IMG/VR virus record: IMGVR_UViG_3300035492_000154
Span: 1-39,531 of that record
Length of the DNA: 39,531 nt
Reading direction: 5' to 3' (one strand)
DNA from: a virus
Lineage: Duplodnaviria; Caudoviricetes
The notes beneath the pieces are model-generated. The model was given only the letters and a program-made list of their open reading frames with translations, ran no database searches and was not told where the DNA came from. The translations under genes and the position numbers were made by a program. Within the stretch, counting starts at the first letter, position 1; every line of letters starts with the position of its first letter. Positions 33,218 through 39,531 of this stretch are shown here, piece after piece.

Positions 33218-34179
33218 TGGCCTATTACACCGGAGCTGCGATCGACATGGCAGCGCTGCGCGCTGCGATCGTCAATAGTTGCCTGAACCACGATTGGAGC
33301 TGGAACTCGTCAACGAACGTGCTGAGCAAGGGGGCACTGTTCATCTTGTTAACCAATGACACTCTGAACCTGTCTCTCACCGGCCGTACATCCGCCACGG
33401 CAGGTGATATGCCTAACGCGGTGCAACTGGGGCGGCTGATGGCGAAGAGTGGCGCCGCAACGCTCGATGTTACCTATCCTGCGGCATGGGAGTGCTTCGT
33501 CTTTACCGACCCCGATGAGGTTTGGTTCGTCGTTCGATACGACGTCGATCGGTACCAGTGGTGCTCGTTTGGTGGGTCGGCAGTGGCCGGGCTGGCGGGC
33601 ACTGGAATGTGGGTTGCTGCGATTCGGGGTTCTGTGCCGGTATTTCACGACATCAGCACTGTACTAAATCCGTTTTTTATCAGGCCAACCATAGGAGGTG
33701 AAACTCGGAGTGGCTCTGCAGGGCTTATCTCTGGGGCGTGGGGATGGACTAGCGTGGCTCGGGATTTTTCAGCGCTGCGCGATATATACGTCCATTCAAA
33801 CCTTGATGGCCACGGGTGGCATCTCAATGAAGCGAGCCTGACATTGCCTTTGGTGGGTGTTCGCTCATTTTCTGAACTAATTCAAACGCAGCCCAGCACG
33901 TGGAACAGCGAGGCGGCGTTGATTCCTATGCGGGCCTATAAACTGAGACCAGCATTTAAGACGTCGCTTGTCGCAGACCTTGTCAACATTCGGCATGTAC
34001 GCATCGACAACTATGTTCCTGGTCAGATCATCGAACTGGGCAGCGACCGCTGGAAGGTCTACCCATGGCACCGTAGAAACGTCGCAGAGCGCGACGGATA
34101 TCCCGCTGGTGCGACGGGCTGGGTGAACTCCGATCATACCGGCACGTTTGGCTACGCCATTCGGTACGACGGCCCGTGA
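33217..34179 (+). CDS. Virion structural (tail) protein, possibly a variable host-range component
   Basis: TGATG coupling; aromatic/Gly-rich; visibly more A/T at third codon positions than the upstream genes. Confidence 0.7.
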   Translation: MAYYTGAAIDMAALRAAIVNSCLNHDWSWNSSTNVLSKGALFILLTNDTLNLSLTGRTSATAGDMPNAVQLGRLMAKSGAATLDVTYPAAWECFVFTDPDEVWFVVRYDVDRYQWCSFGGSAVAGLAGTGMWVAAIRGSVPVFHDISTVLNPFFIRPTIGGETRSGSAGLISGAWGWTSVARDFSALRDIYVHSNLDGHGWHLNEASLTLPLVGVRSFSELIQTQPSTWNSEAALIPMRAYKLRPAFKTSLVADLVNIRHVRIDNYVPGQIIELGSDRWKVYPWHRRNVAERDGYPAGATGWVNSDHTGTFGYAIRYDGP

Positions 34180-34180
34180 T

Positions 34181-35878
34181 ATGGCACTTTTGAATGCGAG
34201 GCTCGCGTCAGGCGCGCAAGGTGGCTTCACCAGCCCGCTCTGGGCTGCTGAGCTGTACCGGCGCAATACAGGTGCATCTTCGGCTGAAGGTGCTCGACGG
34301 CCAGGTGGAGCAGTGCTCTCGACACCCTGGCCTGTCGAGGCAAATGGTCGAGTTATATCTGGAGTGCAGCTGGGCGCGTTCCTAGACGAGTATTACTACC
34401 GTATCCACATCAGCCCTAGCCAGCTCAATCTCGGCAACGTCGTCTCTGCACAGACGCAGCCTGTTTTCCTCTGGAATGCGTTCCTGGAGCCGCGCACCCT
34501 CGTCGATATCGACGGCCTCGACGAAGGCATTCAGGTCAGTGGCCAGCCCGAGCCGCCGATGCTGTTCCCGGCGCTGAAAGAGCTTGTCTGGCAGGTCACG
34601 GTCACACCAGACGGCCAGCCGGTGCTCGATACCGTGGTCGCGTGGGAGTTCGATAATGGCCGGTCTGCAGGCCTGCGCATCACGGCCAACCGCATCATCG
34701 CGTGGACATTCGCTCCCGACTGGGGTGATGGCATCCGCGAACGGCTGACGGCGGCGACAGATATCCTGCAGAGCGAGTCGGGTGTCAGCCAGCGCCGCAA
34801 GCTGCGCGGCTCGCCGCGCCGAGAGTTCAACGGCCCCATGTACGCCGAGGGGCGTGAGCGACAGCTGCTCGATCTCTCTCTGTTTGGCTGGAGCGATCGC
34901 ATCTGGTCGATCCCGATCTGGCCCGATATCCAGCTGCTCGATGTCGGCATCGGCGCCGACGTCAACTTCATCCCCTGCAGCACCCAGCACCTGGACTTTC
35001 GTGCCGGCGGCCTGGCAATGCTGCGTGGCGAGGACGCATTCACCAGCGAGACTGTCGAGATCCTCGAAGTACTCACCAATGGCCTGCAGTTGAAGCGCAA
35101 CACACAGCTAGCCTGGCCTGCCGGCTCAAGGATCTATCCTGCGCGTGCGGCGCAACTGCTCGAGGAGCCATCGCTCAGCAAGTTGACCGATCGCCTGATC
35201 GAGGCCGAGGTGCGCTTCCTGGTAGTCGAGGCCTGTGACTGGCCTGAGTGGCTGCCGGCCACCTTATATAGAGGCCGGCCGGTTTGGGATCGCCGCCCCG
35301 ACGACACTGAGAACCTCACCCATGCGGCCGAGCGCTTGCGTTCGATGCTCGACAGTGGGTTCGCCCAGCCATTGGTCACCGACACCGCCAAGCGCGCCTT
35401 CCAGGTGCTCAGCCAACGCCATCTCGACCTCGGCCGGGAGGCTCGTGCGCTGGTGCGCTCGTTCATCTATGGGATGTGTGGCCGGCAGAAGGTGGTTTGG
35501 GTGCCGAGCCACATGGATGACCTCACCGTCGTCGCCACGGCCTCTGCGGTGGCCACCACCATCGACATCGTGAACATCGGTTACACCAGGTTCAGCAGCG
35601 GCAAGCCCGGCCGACGCGATATTCGCATCGAGCTGTGGAACGGCACGGTGCTGATGCGCCGCATCACTGGCGCGACCGAGCTGGATACCCAAACCGAGCG
35701 CCTGGTGCTCGATGCCGCCCTCGGTATCGAGCTGCGGCCTGACGATATCGCGCGGATCAGCTGGATGAACCTGATGCGGTTCGAGAGCGACGTCCAGGAG
35801 ATCGAGCACATGACGGATAGCCAGGGCGTTGCCGGCTGGGCAACGGTGTTTCGCGAGGAGCGTGACGATGAGTTTTAA
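34181..35878 (+). CDS. Tail tip / distal tail protein
   Basis: Start refined to 34181; PDWGDGIRERL...SQRRKLRGSPRR motif. Confidence 0.72.
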   Translation: MALLNARLASGAQGGFTSPLWAAELYRRNTGASSAEGARRPGGAVLSTPWPVEANGRVISGVQLGAFLDEYYYRIHISPSQLNLGNVVSAQTQPVFLWNAFLEPRTLVDIDGLDEGIQVSGQPEPPMLFPALKELVWQVTVTPDGQPVLDTVVAWEFDNGRSAGLRITANRIIAWTFAPDWGDGIRERLTAATDILQSESGVSQRRKLRGSPRREFNGPMYAEGRERQLLDLSLFGWSDRIWSIPIWPDIQLLDVGIGADVNFIPCSTQHLDFRAGGLAMLRGEDAFTSETVEILEVLTNGLQLKRNTQLAWPAGSRIYPARAAQLLEEPSLSKLTDRLIEAEVRFLVVEACDWPEWLPATLYRGRPVWDRRPDDTENLTHAAERLRSMLDSGFAQPLVTDTAKRAFQVLSQRHLDLGREARALVRSFIYGMCGRQKVVWVPSHMDDLTVVATASAVATTIDIVNIGYTRFSSGKPGRRDIRIELWNGTVLMRRITGATELDTQTERLVLDAALGIELRPDDIARISWMNLMRFESDVQEIEHMTDSQGVAGWATVFREERDDEF

Positions 35879-36689
35879 CAGCCGCGAGAACTCACTGGCT
35901 GATGGTGCGCCGATCAGGCTGTACCAGTTCAGCCGAGGTGTCATGCGCTGGCTGAACACCAGTGGTGACCGTGATGAGGTCGTGGGCACGCAGATTTTCC
36001 GAACGCTGCGTGGTGGGATCTCGGACGATGGCATTCGCCAAACCGGCGAAGCCAGCGTCGAGCTGCTCAAGATCACCGTCCCGGCCGACCACGATGTGGC
36101 CGCCCTTTATCGCGGGGTGCCGCCGTCGAATGAGATCGCTGTAACGATCTTCGACAGGCATGCGGGCGAGGAAGAACAGGTAGTCAGCTGGGTCGGCAGC
36201 ATTCAGAACGTGAATTGGCCGAAGCGCGACCAGGCTCAGTTGGTCTGCCAGCCGCTCTCTGCACGCATGACGATGCAGGGGCTGCGGCAGGGCTGGGAGC
36301 GGGCCTGTCATCACGCGCTCTTTGGCATCGGCTGTGGCGTCAATCGAGATCTATACCGCGTCACCACCGAGATTCAGAGCAAGAACGGACTGGTCATCAG
36401 TAGTGGTGCGTTCGCGAGTTACCCGGACGGCTATTTCACAGCTGGCTGGGTCGAGTGGTCAGTCGGTTCAGGTGAGTTCGATCGCCGAGCTATCGAGCGG
36501 CACACCGGCAGCAACCTGGCCATGCTGGGTGGGACTGCTGGGCTTCAACCTGGTCAGGCGATCCGCGTCTATCCCGGCTGCAATCAGACCACCCAGATGT
36601 GCAACGACAAGTTCGGCAACATCCTCAACCATGGCGGCATCCCGCACCTCGTAGGCCGCTCGCCGTTCGATGGCAATCCGGTTTTCTAG
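35868..36689 (+). CDS. BR0599/DUF2163 family tail hub protein (gpL-like, Cys motif)
   Basis: CHHALFGIGC...YPGCNQTTQMCNDKFGNILNHGGIP; start refined to 35868. Confidence 0.85.
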   Translation: MSFNSRENSLADGAPIRLYQFSRGVMRWLNTSGDRDEVVGTQIFRTLRGGISDDGIRQTGEASVELLKITVPADHDVAALYRGVPPSNEIAVTIFDRHAGEEEQVVSWVGSIQNVNWPKRDQAQLVCQPLSARMTMQGLRQGWERACHHALFGIGCGVNRDLYRVTTEIQSKNGLVISSGAFASYPDGYFTAGWVEWSVGSGEFDRRAIERHTGSNLAMLGGTAGLQPGQAIRVYPGCNQTTQMCNDKFGNILNHGGIPHLVGRSPFDGNPVF

Positions 36690-36698
36690 GGGGAAGTC

Positions 36699-36941
36699 AT
36701 GGATCCGTATACCTGGGCGTATATCGCCATCATGGCGATCAGTGCCTACGTCTCGTACAAGAATCGCCCCAAGTCTGTTGCACCGAAGCCGGTGGCCTTC
36801 GAGGACTTCAGCTTCCCGCAGTTCGAAGAGGGCACCCCGCAGTGCGTGTTCTTCGGGGACAACTGGACGCCGGACTGGATGGTGCTCTCGTATGGCAATT
36901 ACCGCACACAACCGATCAAGACGAAGAGCGGCAAGAAATGA
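36699..36941 (+). CDS. Small tail assembly protein
   Basis: Hydrophobic N-terminus; FPQFEEGTPQCVFFGD motif. Confidence 0.75.
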   Translation: MDPYTWAYIAIMAISAYVSYKNRPKSVAPKPVAFEDFSFPQFEEGTPQCVFFGDNWTPDWMVLSYGNYRTQPIKTKSGKK

Positions 36942-37177
36942 TCAGTGACGACGAACTGTTCGTGACCCTGGACCACATGCACAGCGTGCCGGCATTCAAT
37001 GGTCGGGCGGGCTTCTGCCATAAGGGGGGGCGCGCATTGGCTGCACGGTATGGTCTCGACTGGGGGCAGATCGTGAGCGATGGCGGCATTGTGGCCAGCA
37101 AGCTGGTCGCCACGGGTGATGCCATGGCCATACACCTGGTCGAGTTCGCGCGGCAGGAGGTGTGTGATGGGCAGTAA
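36938..37177 (+). CDS. Small tail assembly protein
   Basis: ATGA overlap; GFCHKGGR...GLDW...L.ATGD motif. Confidence 0.72.
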   Translation: MISDDELFVTLDHMHSVPAFNGRAGFCHKGGRALAARYGLDWGQIVSDGGIVASKLVATGDAMAIHLVEFARQEVCDGQ

Positions 37178-39320
37178 GAAGGCAGTCAAGGTTGGCTATC
37201 GCTACTTGTTCGGTATCCACATGGGTGTCGGCAAGGCGATTGATGAGTTGGTTGAGATCAAGGTCGGTGAGAAGCGGGCTTGGTCTGGCAGTGTTACCAG
37301 CAACCAGACCATAAATATCAACGCTCCGGAGCTGTTTGGAGGCGACAACGGCGAGGGAGGCATCAAGGGAACGCTCGACGTGATGATGGGCGCGCCTGAT
37401 CAGCCGCTCAATGGGCGCTTGGCGGCCATGCTGGGCGGGCTGGTACCGGCTTTCCGTGGCGTGTGTACGTTGTTCTACGACGGCCTGGTTACCAGTTTGA
37501 ACCCTTACCCGAAGGCGTGGACTTTCCGTGTACGGCGCGCATTGAAGGGCTGGGATGGCGCGGTCTGGTACCCGGAGCGCTGCGTTATCGATATGGCCAG
37601 CGGTGCGATCAAGGCGATGAACCCCGCGCACATCATCTATGAGTGCCTGACGAACCGCGACTGGGGTGGTGGCATGGATCGTAGCCGGATCGATGATGCC
37701 TCTTTTCGCGCTGCGGCAACGACGTTACACGCTGAAGGTTTCGGGCTGTGCCTGCGCTGGGTTCGCCAGGACAGCCTCTCGACCTTTGTCAGCCACGTGC
37801 TCGATCACATCGGCGGCAATCTCTTTGTCAGTCGCAGGACGGGGCTGTTTGAGCTGACCCTGGTACGCGATGACTACGATCCTGAGCTGCTCCCGTTGTT
37901 CGACGAGGACAGGGGTCTGCTGTCGATCATGGAGGATGACAACGCCGCGACGGCAGGTGCAGCGAATGAGGTCATCATCAAGTGGCGTAGCCCGATCGAT
38001 AACACGAACAGGCAGAAGCGCGAGCGCAATCTCGCTGCGATCCAGGGCGCCGGCCAGATCCTCTCGACCACTATCGAGTACCCAGGCATTCCCACTGATG
38101 AGCTAGCTGGCCGGGTGGCTGTTCGTGATCTGCGGGCCAGGTCGGTCGGGCTGAAGCGCTTCAAGGTGCAGCTCGACCGGCGCGGCCGCGACATCAAGCC
38201 GGGTGGGGCATTCCGCATCCGCAGCCTGAGCCGTGGCATCGAGATGATGGTGGTCAGGGCTGGCCGTTTCGAGGATGGCACCCTCGGCAGTGGTGTGATC
38301 ACGGTCACGGCTGTGCAAGACGTGTTCGGGTTGCCGGCCACCAGCATGACGCCTCCACAGCCTCCAGGCTGGGTGCCTCCGAACACAGCGCCGGCCCCAG
38401 CTACTGTCCGGCGACTGACAGAGGTTACATGGCGCGACCTGGTGCAAACCGTCGACCCCGCTAACCTAGCGTTGTTCGATCAAACCAGCGCGTTCATTGC
38501 CGCCTTAGCGCTAAAGCCTACGCCCTTGTCGCTGGGCTTCGGGATCGAGTCGAGGGTCGGCAGCGCGGCCTTTGCTAGTGCCGAGAGCGGGGACTTTTGT
38601 CCGTCAGGTCTACTGGTTGTGGCGATTGGGCGTACTGAGACCAGCATTCAGCTGACATCGGTCGAAAGCATCGACTTGGTCGAGGTAGGTACTGCTGCGT
38701 TGATCGATGACGAGATCATCCGGGTTGTGGCGGTCGACCTCGGCACGTTGGTAGTGACCATCGCCCGTGGCTGCGTGGACACCGTGCCAGACTCTCACCT
38801 TGCGGGCGCGCGCGTGTGGTTCTTCGATGACTATGCAGGGGCTGACCCTACGGAGTACTCCGCTGGTGTCAGCGTGCAGATGCGGCTGCGCAGCATCACT
38901 AGCAGCGGCATGCTGGCTCCAGAGCTGGCTCCGATCGATACCCTGGCACTGGTTGGGCGTCAGGCGCTGCCGTACCCACCGGGCCGGCTGCTTATCGGTG
39001 GCGCCAGCTATCCGGCGTCGGTCGTTGGTGACGTGGTGGCGAGCTGGGCGCACCGTGATCGCATCGTCCAGGCCGACCAGTTGATCGACACCACGACGGG
39101 CGATATCGGCCCTGAACCAGGTACCACTTACAGCTGCAGGTTGCTCAGGGCTGATAACAGCAGCGTGCTGGCAAGTCAGACCGGTATCAGTGGCACGACC
39201 GCTACGCTGACCACCACCTATGTGGGGCAGGTCATTCTGGAGGTCTGGTCGGTTCGGGGAGGGTTGAACAGTTGGCAGCGGCACCGAGTCCAGTTCAGCA
39301 GGACGAACCCGGTACCGTGA
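37167..39320 (+). CDS. Central tail fibre / tip protein (gpJ-like)
   Basis: AGGAGG RBS; VGYRY..GIHM, PAFRG, MNPAHIIYECLTN..WG and IDDEII...RGCVDT motifs. Confidence 0.85.
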   Translation: MGSKKAVKVGYRYLFGIHMGVGKAIDELVEIKVGEKRAWSGSVTSNQTININAPELFGGDNGEGGIKGTLDVMMGAPDQPLNGRLAAMLGGLVPAFRGVCTLFYDGLVTSLNPYPKAWTFRVRRALKGWDGAVWYPERCVIDMASGAIKAMNPAHIIYECLTNRDWGGGMDRSRIDDASFRAAATTLHAEGFGLCLRWVRQDSLSTFVSHVLDHIGGNLFVSRRTGLFELTLVRDDYDPELLPLFDEDRGLLSIMEDDNAATAGAANEVIIKWRSPIDNTNRQKRERNLAAIQGAGQILSTTIEYPGIPTDELAGRVAVRDLRARSVGLKRFKVQLDRRGRDIKPGGAFRIRSLSRGIEMMVVRAGRFEDGTLGSGVITVTAVQDVFGLPATSMTPPQPPGWVPPNTAPAPATVRRLTEVTWRDLVQTVDPANLALFDQTSAFIAALALKPTPLSLGFGIESRVGSAAFASAESGDFCPSGLLVVAIGRTETSIQLTSVESIDLVEVGTAALIDDEIIRVVAVDLGTLVVTIARGCVDTVPDSHLAGARVWFFDDYAGADPTEYSAGVSVQMRLRSITSSGMLAPELAPIDTLALVGRQALPYPPGRLLIGGASYPASVVGDVVASWAHRDRIVQADQLIDTTTGDIGPEPGTTYSCRLLRADNSSVLASQTGISGTTATLTTTYVGQVILEVWSVRGGLNSWQRHRVQFSRTNPVP

Positions 39321-39361
39321 TTTGGCAATTCAGTTGCCGTGCGTGAAAATGCCATAGCCCA

Positions 39362-39405
39362 GCATTTATCGCGCAAACGGCAACAGTTTTTCGCGCGGCG
39401 CTACA
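39362..39405 (-). repeat. Right end (attR) with two tandem putative transposase-binding sites
   Basis: Read inward from the end: TGT-N6-GCGCGAAAAACTGTTGCC-GTTT-GCGCGATAAATGC, i.e. two GCGCGAWAAA sites 22 bp apart, each mirrored at the left end. Confidence 0.85.
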
Positions 39406-39411
39406 TCTAAG
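39406..39411 (+). repeat. Right copy of 6-bp target-site duplication TCTAAG
   Basis: Identical to 122-127; immediately follows the terminal ACA. Confidence 0.9.
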
Positions 39412-39426
39412 CGCGCATTTATAAAC

Positions 39427-39449
39427 AACCCGCTTCGGCGGGTTTTTTT
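39427..39449 (+). terminator. Rho-independent terminator (flank; originally downstream of the gene ending at 126)
   Basis: AACCCGC-TTCG-GCGGGTT followed by TTTTT. Confidence 0.85.
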
Positions 39450-39467
39450 ATGTCCGGAGAAAAGCGC

Positions 39468-39531
39468 ATGAGCGTAAAAGACCGCCTGATCCAGTTCATC
39501 CTGCGCGGCAAAGACGAGCTATCGCCGGCTG
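39468..39531 (+). CDS. 5' end of a flanking gene (MSVKDRLIQFILRGKDELSPA...), possibly the tape measure protein of another prophage
   Basis: GGAG RBS; the I.F.LRGKDELSPA pattern resembles tape-measure N-termini; only 21 codons are visible. Confidence 0.5.
   Translation, partial: MSVKDRLIQFILRGKDELSPA

Larger units (their letters stand above)
128..39405. mobile_element. Complete Mu-like (B3-type organisation) transposable prophage
   Basis: Begins TGT (128-130) and ends ACA (39403-39405). Flanked by the direct repeat TCTAAG. Encodes a DDE transposase + AAA ATPase, GemA, Mor, Mu-type terminase/portal/F/G/I/T head genes and a tail module. The early region is inverted relative to the late genes, as in phage B3. 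Confidence 0.95.

Noticed and set aside
32357-39405. Tail-fibre variation systems (invertible segment or diversity-generating retroelement)
   Set aside because: No invertase, reverse transcriptase, inverted crossover sites or template/variable repeat pair seen by eye.

Overview
The window is almost entirely one apparently complete Mu-like transposable prophage with B3-type organisation, most likely from a Pseudomonas host (inferred from gene content and high GC). It runs from 128 to 39405 (39,278 bp), has TGT...ACA ends with subterminal inverted repeats, and is flanked by a 6-bp target duplication (TCTAAG). From left to right it carries: an inverted (minus-strand) early/middle region (Ner-like regulator, DDE transposase, AAA ATPase, DUF3164, ASCH, HNH, GemA, Mor/C activator, a TerS-like paralogue); a divergent immunity operon (repressor plus three accessory genes); lysis, packaging and head genes; and a siphovirus-type tail with a com + adenine methyltransferase cassette inserted before the tape-measure gene. 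The flanks look like the tail region of a second prophage. The most striking unexplained feature is a 15-aa Gly/Asn-rich motif (IxVxGSxNRVAGRDY) shared by the C-terminus of the repressor and the N-terminus of the adjacent zinc-finger membrane protein. It is conserved at protein level but synonymously diverged at DNA level, an arrangement that resembles amyloid/homotypic signalling pairs but here is wired to a phage repressor. All family assignments come from motif recognition and gene order; no database searches were run.
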